Source of the DNA: Heptranchias perlo
Taxonomy: Eukaryota
Direction: 5' to 3'
Assembly: GCF_035084215.1 (NCBI RefSeq)
Contig: NC_090329.1
Coordinates: forward strand, 41,540,001-41,604,000
Length of the DNA: 64,000 nucleotides
Shown here: positions 36,164 to 48,280 of the stretch, one piece after another
How positions within the stretch are numbered: the stretch's first letter is position 1
How the letters are laid out: each line of letters starts with the position of its first letter
The notes under the pieces: model-generated
The model's input: only the letters and a program-made list of their open reading frames with translations
What the model was told of the DNA's origin: nothing
Databases searched by the model: none
Translations under genes and position numbers: made by a program

Positions 36164-37212
36164 GGTTGCAATGGCCCTTTAAATACTCCAGTTCCCAGCA
36201 CCTCATTCGGGTGTACAGTACACCCGCTGCACAGCTTGGAGATGCGAAACCCAGAAGTTACATTAAGGGCCTTAAACCACTCGAGCCAATGCGCAGAAAA
36301 TTTTTTCTGGGTTTCCCACATGACTAATCAACCTCTCTCTGACTTCCCGCCGCCATTTTAAAATTATGCCCAATATCTCTGGGTGTTGTTAGTTACAGCC
36401 CTTAATAGAGGAATTGCACACTTAAGGTTAAAATATATGTTTAAAAATAAGGTGATATCCACCTTTTGAAAGTTAAGCCACCAAATCAGAGTTCAACCAT
36501 GATAATCACACTTTAATGCTTTGCCTGCAGGAAGTGAGTCTCTTTATCCCTACAACACACAATTCATCCAGTAATCCAGATGTGCTGATTGGAAACTTGT
36601 GAACCATGACTATGCAAACAGGAAAGGCACGTCTCATGGAAACAGAAATGGCCTTCATCATCTCGGAGGTACAGACTTGATTTTTATGTTTCAAGGTGAA
36701 TGGCCATCATGGAGGAAGAACTGCTCTGGCTGTTATGTGTAGCGACATTGTGCAAACATTCAAAAAGACCGTGCTTATGATTTGCCAACCCAGAGCAATT
36801 GGTCACCTAATATTGGGCCATTTTTGGACAGCCTAAGTTCTTGGAACAGCTTACTCTGAAAACTCTTCACTCTCTGTCTTATTTGCTTCTGAGATAAAGA
36901 CATTACAACAGATAATTTACACACTTTAGATATTTTATACCAAATGTTTGGAAAGAAATCATGGCTTATTTTTCTTAATTTTCATGGAAAGTGAAAAATG
37001 TTGCTTCCCTGGTGGCAGCCAGTAGAGTTAGTGAGGAACTGAGTGAAACCGATCAGGGAGATCCCAGATGTAGCTGGGTGGCAATAGGAGCTTTACAATT
37101 GACCTCAAGGCACCGGGGTTCTTAATCCTGATCACTATCAAGGAGAAATTTCATAGAGCTGGAACATCTGGAAGCTTTGTCTGTAGTTATTCGCCTCTTA
37201 CGAGATGAAGTA

Positions 37213-37815
37213 CCATAGGAACATAAGAATAGGGGTAGGCCATTCAGCCCCACGAGCCTGTTCCGCCATTCAATTAGATCATGGCTGATCTGTATCTTAA
37301 TCCTAGCTACCCGCCTTGGTTCTGTAATCCTTAATAGCCTTGCCTGACAAAAATCTATCAATCTCAGTTTTGAGATTTTCAATTGACCTAGTCTCAACAG
37401 CTTTTTGGGGGAAGAGAGTTCCAGATTTCCACTACACTTTGTGTGAAGAAGTGCTTCCTGACACCATCCCTGAATGGCCTAGCTCTAATTTTAAAGTTAT
37501 GCCTCCTTGTTCTGGAGTCCCCCACCAGAGGAAATAGTTTCCCTCTATCTACCCTATCAAATGCTTTAATCATCTTAAACACCTCACTCCTTACTCAAGG
37601 AAATACAATTGTAAACAATTTTACAACACCAAGTTATAGTCCAACAAATTTCATTTCCACACCACCTGAGGAAGGAGGAAGCCTCCGAAAGCTTATGGAA
37701 TTTAAAATAAATTTGTTGGACTATAACTTGGTGTTGTAAAATTGTTTACAATTGTCAACCCCAGTCCATCACCGGCATCTCCACATCAAGGGAATACAAG
37801 CCTAGCCTATCCAAG
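37213..37815 (-). mobile_element. CR1 3' fragment
   Basis: RKHFFTQSVVEIWNSLP plus tail; interrupted at about 37605-37787. Confidence 0.9.
37605..37787 (+). mobile_element. Penelope-like mini-element with minimal hammerhead ribozyme motif and inverted 5' segment
   Basis: ctgagga-a-ggagg-aag-cctcc-gaaa-gctta core at 37666-37695; 47-bp perfect inverted arms; flanking duplication tcaagg(a/g)aatacaa. Confidence 0.75.
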
Positions 37816-39267
37816 TAACTTGGATAAAGCTCACGGTATATTATTTCTAAATGGTCTGTGGAAAGAATGGCCTTGATGGACTGAAAGGCAATTTCTCTTT
37901 TCATAGATTCCTATAATATGTTTTTGAATCTCAATAGCATTAAGCATTGCTGCTTTTTCCATGCTTCAGAGTGACTCAGTTAATGTTTCAGCAGTAAATA
38001 GGTAAACATTCTTTCATATTTGCAGTGAGGCTGCCTATAACTGTTTTAGGATCATAGTCCAGCAAATTAGGAAATAATTTATGATTGACAGCTACACTGG
38101 CCATTCACAGAGCCTATTCATTTACGAAGCACTACCAGTTACATTAGGCATATGTGTTTCTTAACTATTTTTTACTGTTCACTAGCAGATCTCCCATGGT
38201 ATTACTCACAGTGGGATATTCTGTTACAAAAGAGGAGGAGAGGGGGTCAATGAGTAGAAGAAGGTGTTTAATTCCTTTGTCCATTGGAGGTTTAAGGGTT
38301 AGGGCAAAGTGGCAATGTGATTAACTGCTGAAATGGTTTTGAAAGAATGCAGATGTTCTGACACCTAAAGCCAGGCCTGCAAATTTGCAGCAGATTTTTT
38401 CAGAAAGGAGAGTGACTGGAGGAGTGGGAGCAGTAAATACACGCATGGCTAAGTTAATAAATATAAATTGCATAAATAAACAGTTATTTACATCATTCTT
38501 CTTCTGAAATTTAGGTGAAATTCAAAAGTTCATGCTTTATGTTATTTTGATGATTTTAAACAAAGATAAAACTAATTTATACCTTTACAGCCATGATAAT
38601 GACTTCCTGACTTTATACTATAAGTATTTTGCCATCACTGTATGAGAGGGGTCGGGCAATGCTTTCAAACTACTCTGTGAATGGTGAGTGTAGCTGTCAA
38701 TCATAAAAACTCACCCATAGCACCAAAATGCAGGGCGTTCATTAGACTCAGGAAGGAGGCAGCCTTACTTACATTTTGGAGTGGTTTGTAGTGATTGACA
38801 TGACCTGCAGCAAAACAAGACGAACAAAGGCATTAACAAAGAAAAACACAGGCAACTAAGCCAACTCAGTAATTGATGTTCCAACCAAGTACTCAAAATC
38901 TCTGCAAGAAAACATTTTCCAGGGATTTACGACACCATATAAGCAACTTTATGAGTGATGATGAGCATTTTATTGTGAATTGCTTAAGTTTTGATGGTTT
39001 TCTTATGTTGTGAATGTTACTTACACAGATATAATCATTAGCTAGCTGGAAAATTGAGCTGACATCTCAAACCAAGTTTGCAAAATTATTTAACAATTTA
39101 ATTGGTCAGTTTTTGCTACTTACCAGTTCAGGATTGGTAACTTTGAAAAAGTAAGCAATTTGATATTTTGGTTTGCTCAGTTTTCTGCTGCTTACTCATT
39201 CCTCTTTGGTACTTATGAGCTGAATCAAATTATTCTTAATTTGTTCACATTTAGTCTATTAGATATT

Positions 39268-39340
39268 TATAGGAATATAGGAATATAGGAACAGGAGTAG
39301 GCCATTCAGCCCCACGAGCCTGCTCCGCCATTTGATAAGA
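39268..39340 (-). mobile_element. CR1 3' tail
   Basis: (taggaata)n then ggaacaggagtaggccattcagccccacgagcctgctccgccatt, as at 37215-37270. Confidence 0.85.
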
Positions 39341-40188
39341 ATTTGATTGGTAACTTAACCTATAAGCCCTAATTTTAACCAACCAGTCACTAATTTCTGC
39401 TCGATAGACGTGTGATTTCCTGAGGTGTGAGGTGCTGAAGTGGGACACTTTTGAGCTGTAATGCCTTTGAGGCCATACCTTCTGGTGCAACGCTTTTGAA
39501 AGGAATGATGCAATGGATGCACACTAAATGCAAGACTCTTAATTAAATAGCTGGAAGCAATGTGATGATGATATGTGTGCACAGATAGATGATTCAAAGT
39601 TGATAAATACCCTTCATTAAATGGTGGGTCATCATTAAATTAATGGAAAACAGTTCAAACAAATTAATGACAAACCATTTAATATTGATTATTTAAGCTT
39701 TTTATTGTTAAGGATCAACAACCTTTTGGTCTGTTTTTAATAGATTGTTTCCTATCCAAACAAATAACTACCCAGACTGCTGGGTAAATATACCAAACCT
39801 ATGTTAATTCCAATAAACTCCTCATATATTTACCAGCGCACAATTACAATGAGACTGTGTGAAGTTGGAGATTTTCCGACCATCATATGCCAAAGTCTGT
39901 GGAGCAAAAGTAATAAAGCCTCTGCTAAGCTCAGATGGCAGAGTTCTGACATGCAGTAGTTGTGTATCCAGGGTATGATTATGCACGTGAATCAGTCAGT
40001 GATGAAAAAGGTTCAGTAGTTCAAATTGTGTCAGAGATGTATTGCTGTAAGAGATCAAAGGTCGGTCAGGTATTGAGTCACTGATGAGCTCAATGGTAAT
40101 CACCTTTGACCCATGGGGTGGACTGCCAAATTCTTTTGACAGGACTTTGTGAATTTTGTATTATGTACCTAGTATTTTTAAAATTATA

Positions 40189-40350
40189 GGGCAGCAATTT
40201 CTGCGGGGGTTCACCCTTAACTTCGGTGGACCAGCAGAAGCCCTGGAGAACTGGTGTGAACAGCCATGTATGCCATTTCTCCAAGGTTTCTGATGATTTT
40301 CCGTTGAAGTTATGGTGGGTGATCGGAAGAACCCCCATGGAAATTCTATC
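40189..40350. mobile_element. Palindromic MITE
   Basis: aatttctgcgggggttc...taacttcggtgga...cagaagccctggagaa and ttctccaaggtttctg...ttccgttgaagtta...gaacccccatggaaatt are inverted arms. Confidence 0.7.
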
Positions 40351-40799
40351 TTATGGTCTTTTAAAGAAGCAAAGCGATCCAGTAATACATTGGTATCAGC
40401 TTCTGTTTCATACACAATCAAAGCTTATATTAACCTAAGAATTCCTGTTTGTGTGTTAATCACAGGCAAACTGGGATAAAAAAATTGCTATGAGAATTTA
40501 CTCCTGTTAGTTTACTCATGAATTTCCTGTATTTACTCTGTGGGCATTGTCTCCCACACAATAACCCAGCCAATGAGAAGGATGCATTGTGAAAGAAAAA
40601 TAGCTATTCACTTACCATATTGCTCATGACATGTTCAAAGAATAATTCTGGTTATAACATATGCTTTGTTGCAGCTCCCTCTATTTCTGTCTCTGGTTGC
40701 TGCAAGAGTGTCACTAGCTAGGCCTAAAGAGCACAACCTGGGTCTTTGAAGAGGCATCTTTCCACTCTGCCTTCAACTTCAAATAAACTTGGAACAGAT

Positions 40800-41290
40800 T
40801 GGAAACAACTGTGACCACTGTACAGGAAGCAGGCATTGGCCTGCATGATATGGTATTGATGGGCACTGACCAGCTCCACAATGATGGAATAGAAATACCT
40901 CTGTTCATGAGGGCCATGATGTTGCGCTCAGCGGCTTGGATGGCTACATGGGTGCCATCAATAACCCCCGTACTTTAAGAAATTCAGTAACATGGTGAAA
41001 TTGGACAGCCCTGTCTCAGTGGGAAAGGAGTTGAAAGCGTTTTCCTTGCTGAACAATGCATCGGTCCAATGTTTGATACATCGGTGGGCAGCAAACTATC
41101 TGATACTGATGTCCCCTGTGATAGCCTGGAAGAGGCATAAAAGTTGAGGGTGTCCCTACAGTACTGTCCCAGTGCCATCCCCCAGGTGCAGGTTGCAGCA
41201 AATGGCACAGCTCTGTAACCGCCTCCCTTCTGAACCTGAGCTTACGGGGGCAACGATCCTCCATTACTGCCAGCAAGCTGTGCATGGACA
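40800..41290 (-). pseudogene. Old Harbinger transposase relic
   Basis: The minus strand gives LRFRREAVTELCHLLQP and VRGVIDGTHVAIQ...MNR. Confidence 0.8.
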
Positions 41291-42204
41291 GGAAATTTGA
41301 GGCAACTGACTCACTCTAATTTATATGTGCAACTAGATGTACTTTTCCAACTCACCCTGTTGTGAGTCAGTTTTCTTGTGAAGAGAAAAATTTGGAAATA
41401 ATAAGGAGGACAAAATCAGAAATGGTTTCTGAACGTTGCATGAAAGGATAAGATCATTCAAGTTCTCTAGACTAGCAATATCCAATACCTTGCAAACAGT
41501 TCAATTTTTGCAGTAAATTAAACAATTGAAAATAAAAGTCACACAAACATGCCACTTTAAAGACAACTCCTTACTACTCGTATTATAACAGCTAGGGATT
41601 CTTTCAAAGGTCATTATGGTTACAGTTATGTTTTTTAACCAAACAGTGCTATGTAACTGTTATCAGAAATCCTGTGTGGCTGACTGTTTGGCTTGCCTTG
41701 CTTCTACAGAGTTGGGTCCAGGATGTTCTTTTGAACCATTTCCTTTTACAGCTAACTACACAATCAGAAATTAAAATTCAAAAGTTCAAAAAAATCATTT
41801 TTTGGGCAGTTGGTTACATGTAAACAACCAGAAATGAATCTCCAAGATAGAGCCTTAAAAAGAAAGCAGAGTAGATCCTTCCTTTAAACACCCGCACACA
41901 CATCTCCGGAAACTGAAGTAAACTGTATATAATTTTTGATAGCTGTAGCTTTGCCTAAGTGGATAAAAATGTTAATTTATTTATAACTATAATTGTAACT
42001 GGCCTTTCATTTGATTCACCAGTTAAGCCAGGGTGGTGCTGTCCTCAAACCAATGGTAGTCTGAGTAAGAACCCTCGTATTGCTTTAATTAAATGAATCT
42101 AAAAGTACATAGCCCTTTTATTAGAAGGCTAGAATATGTATGGAATACATATGTAGGTTGGTATTCCTCTTACAGGATATATCAGTGAACAATAAGAACA
42201 TTAG

Positions 42205-43865
42205 TCTAGAAATTCCTGCCAGCAAAATTGCATGAGTGAGTGTTTGGGAACTCGCCCCCTTTCTTTTCACTCCACACTTTGTGACAGTTCCTTGATCTGG
42301 GTGCCCACAGGTTATGAGCTCTGTGTGGAAGATCCAAAACGTATTTAAATCTCATACGAAGTAGGAGTTAATTGGAGAGCCTGTGATTTTTCCCTAAATT
42401 CATGCACCACAGTGCAGTGGACTAATCTTGCCCATTTATTAACGCCATTAACTTCCATGGTGGTTTTCCTATCACCCAGAAACGGTGTAAACGCTACTTC
42501 TCCAGATTTCTGCGGATCTTCTGCTGGAGTCATGGCGGATGATCGGGAGAGCCAATGCAGAAATTCAACCCCTAAACCAATCACAATCTCAGAATTTGGG
42601 AAGGGAGCCCTGAAAGCTGAATTCTTCATTTCTTTTAGCTGCCCTTCCTTTGCAGGCATATGGGGACTGCTTTCAGTGCTCACCTCTAACTGCATTTCAT
42701 TGAAGAAAATGAAGAAGAACAAAAAAGGGATGCCAGGAATATCAAATAGCACCACAGGTGGACTGGCTGCACTCAATATTCCACCAACCTTACAGGCGCA
42801 CGCACAGCTATCCAGCAATGATGGAGGAAAAGTGTCTGCACAGGCTCAGCACAAAGCCAGTTACACAGACGACTTTCAGCCATCCTCCACCATGGGGCTG
42901 ACACTGCCCTCAACTTTTATATTTCTGGTTCCTTCCAGGCTAGCGTGGGGGATATCAGCAGTACCAACCAATTTGCAGGCACATCAAACATATGACTGAT
43001 ATATTTCTCAGCAGGGACAGCACTCTCATCTCCTTTCTCACTCAACAGCAACAGCAGCATGACAAGGCTGTCCAATTTCACTGCACAACTGGATTTCTCA
43101 AAGTAAGAGGGTCACTGATAACACCATCCAAGTCCTTATGTACAATGCCCTACACGAACAGAAAGGGGATCTATTCCTTTAATGTGCAGCTGGTTAGTGA
43201 CCAGTGATACCGAACAATGCAGGCTGATGCCTGCTTCCCAAGCAGCAGCCAAAATTCTTTCATTTTTAAGGCAATTTTCTGTGCCCTGCTTATTTGAAGG
43301 TAAAGGCAGAGCAGAAGAATGATTCCTCAGAGGCCAAGGCTGATCTCCTCAAGCCGAGCTAACAATATCCTTATAGCAACCATGCACAGAACCAGAATGC
43401 AGCAAGGGCTATGCAACAAAGCCCATGAAGATATTGAGCATACAATTGGCATTCTGACACTGTGGGGGTGATTTTAAACCCCAAGAATGGGTGAGTTGGG
43501 GGGTGGGTGGGAGTTGAAAATAGTTGTTTTTTTTGGGTGGCAACCGCAAAATTTTCGAACTTTGCATTCCCAGTGGGAAGCATGTACTTTTACGCACCAA
43601 CTTTAAACCTGGAAATAAAGCCAGGTTGCGGTCTCAACCTAATAAACAACTATTTTCAACTCCCACCTGCCCCGAACCCACCCATTCTTGGGGTTTAAAA
43701 ACACCCCCTGTGTTTCAGATGTTTCAAAAGGTCAAGCACTGCCAAAGTCTCCAAGGTCATTGTCACCTGTTGCTCTACAGCTTGGAAATGCATAGAGGTC
43801 TAACTGCTGGAGAGATGAAGGCCACCATGTAAACAAGGGCAGCACAGGGTGCAAACACAGACTAC
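42205..43865 (+). pseudogene. Old Harbinger relic with transposase remnant
   Basis: GFLKVRG...YTNRKGIYSFNVQLVSDQ, IEHTIGIL; interrupted by the 43464 MITE and bounded by the 43.9 kb LINE. Confidence 0.75.
43464..43708. mobile_element. 245-bp Harbinger MITE with long TIRs
   Basis: gggggtgattttaaaccccaagaatgggtgagttggggg...gggagttgaaaatagttgttt and aaacaactattttcaactccc...cccacccattcttggggtttaaaaacaccccc; exact TGT duplication (43461-43463, 43709-43711). Confidence 0.95.
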
Positions 43866-43869
43866 GAAG

Positions 43870-46800
43870 ATTTTTTTAAAATTTATTCGTTCATGGGATG
43901 TGGGTGTTGCTGGCGAGGCCAGCATTTATTGCCCATCCCTAATTGCCCTTGAGAAGGTGGTGGTGAGCCGCCTTCTTGAACCACTGCAGTCCGTCTGGTG
44001 AAGGTTCCCCCACAGTGCTGTTAGGAAGGGGGTTTCAGGATTTCGACCCAGCGACGATGAAGGAACGGCGATATATTTCCAAGTCGGGAGGGTGTGTTAC
44101 TTGGAGGGGAACATACAGGTGGTGTTGTTCCCATGTACCTGCTGCTCTTGTCCTTCTCGGTGGTGGAGGTCGCGGGTTTGGGAGGCGCTGTCGAAGAAGC
44201 CTTGGCGAGTTGCTGCAGTGCATCCTGTGGATGGTACACACTGCAGCCACGGTGCGCCAGTGGTGAAGGGAGTGAATGTTTAGGGTGGTGGATGGGGTGC
44301 CAATCAAGCGAGCTGCTTTGTCCTGGATGGTGTTGAGCTTCTTGAGTGTTGTTGGAGCTGCACTCATCCAGGCAAGTGGAGAGTATTCCATCACACTCCT
44401 GACTTGTGCCTTGTAGATGGTGGAAAGGCTTTGGGGAGTCAGGAGGTGAGTCACTCGCCGCAGAACACCCAGCCTCTGACCTGCTCTCGTAGCCACAGTA
44501 TTTATATGGCTGGTCCAGTTAAGTTTCTGGTCAATGGTGACCCCCAGGATGTTGATGGTGGGGGATTCGGCGATGGTAATGCCGTTGAATGTCAAGGGGA
44601 GGTGGTTGGACTCTCTCTTGTTGGAGATGGTCATTGCCTGGCACTTATCTGGCGCGAATGTTACTTGCCACTTATCAGCCCAAGCCTGGATGTTGTCCAG
44701 GTCTTGCTGCATGCGGGCTCGGACTGCTTCATTATCTGAGGGGTTGCGAATGGAACTGAACACTGTGCAGTCATCAGCGAACATCCCCATTTCTGACCTT
44801 ATGATGGAGGGAAGGTCATTGATGAAGCAGCTGAAGATGGTTGGGCCAAAGACACTGCCCTGAGGAACTCCTGCAGCAATGCCCTGTGGCTGAGATGATT
44901 GGCCTCCAACAACCACTACCATCTTCCTTTGTGCTCGGTATGACTCCAGCCACTGGAGAGTTTTCCCCCTGATTCCCATTGACTTCAATTTTACTAGGGC
45001 TCCTTGATGCCACACTCGGTCAAATGCTGCCTTGATGTCAAGGGCAATCACTCTCACCTCACCTCTGGAATTCAGCTCTTTTGTCCATGTTTGGACCAAG
45101 GCTGTAATGAGGTCTGGAGCCGAGTGGTCCTGACGCAACCCAAACTGAGCATCGGTGAGCCGGTTATTGGTGAGTAAGTGCCACTTGATAACACTGTCGA
45201 TGACACCTTCCATCACTTTGCTGATGATTGAGAGTAGACTGATGGGGCGGTAATTGACCGGATTGGATTTGTCCTGCTTTTTGTGGACAGGACATACCTG
45301 GGCAATTTTCCACATTGTTGGGTAGATGCCAGTTTTGTAGCTCTACTGGAACAGCTTGGCTAGAGGCGCAGCTAGTTCTGGAGCACAAGTCTTCAGCACT
45401 ACAGCCGGGATGTTGTTGGGGCCCAAAGCCTTTGCTGTATCAAGTGCACTCAGCCGTTTCTTGATATCACGTGGAGTGAATCAAATTGGCTGAAGACTGG
45501 CTTCTGTGATGGTGGAGATATCGGGAGGAGGCCGAGATGGAACATCCACTCGGCACTTCTGGCTGAAGGTGGTTGCAAATGCTTCAGCCTTGTCTTTTGC
45601 ACTCACATGCTGGACTCTGCCATCATTGAGAATGGGGATGTTTGCAGAGTCTCCCCCTCCCGTTAGTTTTTTAATTGTCCACCACCATTCATGACTGGAT
45701 GTGGCAGGACTGCAGAGCTTTGATCTGATCCATTGGTTGTGGACTCGCTTAGCTCTGTCTATAGCATGTTGCTTCCACTGTTTAGCATGCATGTAGTCCT
45801 GTGTTGTAGCTTCACCAGGTTGGCACCTCATTTTTAGGTACACCTGGTGCTGCTCCTAGCATGCCCTTCTACACTCCTCATTGAACCAGGGTTGATCCCC
45901 TGGCTTCATGGTAATGGTAGAGTGAGGAATATGCCAGGCCATGAGGTTACAGATTGTGCTGGAATACAATTCTGCTGATGCTGATGGCCCACGGTGCCTC
46001 ATGGATGCCCAGTTTCGAGCTGCTAGATCTGTTCTGAATCTATCCCATTTAGCACGTTGGTAGTGCCACACAACACGTTGGATTGTGTCCTCAGTGCGAA
46101 GATGGGACTTCGTCTCCACGAGGACTGTGCGGTGGTCACTCCTACCAATACTGTCATGGACAGATGCACCTGTGACAGGTAGATTGGTGAGGACGAGATC
46201 AAGTAGGTTTTTCCCTCGTGTTGGTTCGCTCACCACCTGCCGCAGGCCCAGTCTGGCAGCTATGTCCTTCAGGACTCGGCCAGCTCGGTCAGTAGTGGTG
46301 CTACCGAGCCATTCTTGGTGATGGACATTGAAGTCCCCCACCCAGAGTACATTCTGTGCCCTTGCTACCCTCAGTGCTTCCTCCAAGTGGTGTTCAACAT
46401 GGAGGAGGACTGATTCATCAGCTGAGGGAGGACGGTAGGTGGTAATCAGCTGGAAGTTTCCTTGCCCATGTTTGACCTGATGCCATGAGATTTCATGAGG
46501 TCCAGAGTCAATGTTGAGGACTCCCAGGGCCACCCGCTCCTGACTGTATTTCACTGTACCGCCACCTCTGGTGGGTCTGTCCTGCCGGTGGGACAGGACA
46601 TACCCAGGGATGGTGATGGAAGAGTCTGGGACATTGGCTGAAAGGTGTGATTCTGTGAGTATGGCTATGTCAGGCTGTTGCTTGACTAGTCTGTGGGACA
46701 GCTCTCCCAATTTTGGCACAAGTCCCCAGATGTTAGTGAGGAGGACTTTGCAGGGTTGACTGGGCTTGGTTTGCCTTTGTCGTGTCCGGTGCCTAGTGGT

Positions 46801-47028
46801 CCGATGCCGGGTGGTCCATCCGGTTTTATTCTTATTGTGACTTTTTTTAGCGAGATTTTACAACTGAGTGGCTTGCTAGACCATTTCAGAGGGCAATTAA
46901 GAATCAACCACATTGCTGTGTTTCTGGAGTCACATATAGGCCAGACCGGGTAAGGACGGCAGGTTTTCTTCCCTAAAGGACATTAGTGAACCAGATGGGT
47001 TTTTATGACAATCTGGTAGTTTCATGGC
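43870..47028 (-). mobile_element. LINE family B (CR1-group non-LTR retrotransposon), near full length: APE endonuclease + RT, no ORF1 visible
   Basis: EN: VLLTNIWGL...PDIAILTESHL...RQDR..RGGG...YRPP...VGDFN...PTRGKNLLDLV...SDH; RT: NYRPISLLS, ALDIKAAFDRVWH, GVPQGS, FADD; a few stops/frameshifts; A-rich tail. Confidence 0.95.
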
Positions 47029-47114
47029 CGTGCTGCAGGAACATCAGTGCAGCTGGGAAGGCTCATCCAAGAAATATGGAGAGAGGAAGGGAGGGAGGAT
47101 GAAAGGAAGCAAGC

Positions 47115-47420
47115 AAGGATTTGTATTAATATAGAACCTTTCCTATCCTCAGGACATCCCAAAGCACTTTATAGTCAATTTTGAAGTGTAGTCACTGTGT
47201 TTTCTATGCAAATTTGCACACAGCAATGTCCCACATACAGAAAATGAGATAAACGATTGTTAAACTGTTTTAGTGGTGTCGATTGATGGGTGAATATTGG
47301 CCTGGACACCAGTTGAACTCCCCACACTTCTTTCATTAGTGCCATTGGATCTTTACAGCCACCTTAACAGACAAATGGAGCCTTGGTTTAACATCTCATC
47401 TAAATGATGGCACCGCCAGG
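47115..47420 (-). mobile_element. DeuSINE (SacSINE1-like)
   Basis: Reverse-complement homolog of 57770-58070 (ggtttaacatctcatctaaatgatggcacc; caggacatcccaaagcacttta). Confidence 0.8.
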
Positions 47421-47536
47421 CTATTGTATTTCTTTTTAATTAATAGCTGTTTACTAGACTGCTCCAAAAAACTTATCTCAGCTGAATCAAAGTATTATTG
47501 TGCGGATCAAATTATCTAAGGTATTAGTGAAATAAT

Positions 47537-47654
47537 GGCCCAGAATTTGCTGGAGCAGGACATCTCTACCTCTCCACAAGTTGTTGGCTGATTTGCATAT
47601 TAATAACGGTGTGCATCGTTCACACTCCGTTATTTTTTCAGCAAATTCTGGGCC
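47537..47654. mobile_element. 118-bp MITE
   Basis: Perfect TIR ggcccagaatttgctg / cagcaaattctgggcc; AAT duplicated on both sides. Confidence 0.9.
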
Positions 47655-48034
47655 AATATGAAAAAAAAGTTTTTACAGTGATGCTGTTCGGTATGTGACC
47701 AATGTACATGCAAATGAAGTTATAGGCAAATGAGGGAAAAGAATAGATCATATTACTGTAAATGAAACAGAAATGAACCACATGGCTTAACCTCAAAAAC
47801 ATTGTCAATAACCATACAAATTTACGTTCATGGATTCTGCATTTGTTCTGCACAGTACATTTGCACAGGTGAACATTTTGTCGAGCAAATGTTTTCAGCA
47901 ACAACGAGCACAAGAGATTTAATTATTGCACCAGAGTAGGCCCTTCATCTTTGCCATGCTAATCTACAATTGGGTAATCTTTCATATTATAAAGGACAGG
48001 ATGATTCTACTATGCATTTTTATAACGATCAAAA

Positions 48035-48280
48035 AAAGAAATTCATTTATTTAGTGCCTTTCCTGTCCTTAGGATATCCCAAAGCTTCACAACCAATATA
48101 TTATTTTGAAACGTAGTCACTGTTGTTACATAGACAAACTTGACAGCCAATTTGCACAAAGGTCCCACAAACAACAAATTGGACGAATGACCAGTTAATC
48201 TGTTTTGTTTTTGGCAGTGTTGGTTGAGGGATGAATGTTAGACAGGACACCAGGAAAATTCCCAGCTCTTCAAGCACTTT
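48035..48280 (-). mobile_element. DeuSINE 3' part
   Basis: aggatatcccaaagc...tttgaaacgtagtcactgttg...gtgttggttgagggatgaatgtt...caggacacc, homologous to 57860-58070. Confidence 0.8.

Larger units (their letters stand above)
31327..36371. mobile_element. PIF/Harbinger transposon (copy 3), internally deleted, with nested LINEs
   Basis: Terminal segment at 31327-31397 (aattttaacaccc...ggttgggggcagg...gtgaaaatt); sequence resumes at 33878 homologous to the reverse complement of 14.3-14.7 kb; right end aaaattatgccc. Confidence 0.88.

Noticed and set aside
38591-38683. Possible plus-strand exon (tttacag ... gtgagt)
   Set aside because: Stops in all three frames and no recognisable protein.
42345-42999. 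195-aa and 157-aa ORFs
   Set aside because: No recognisable domain; they overlie a decayed Harbinger relic.
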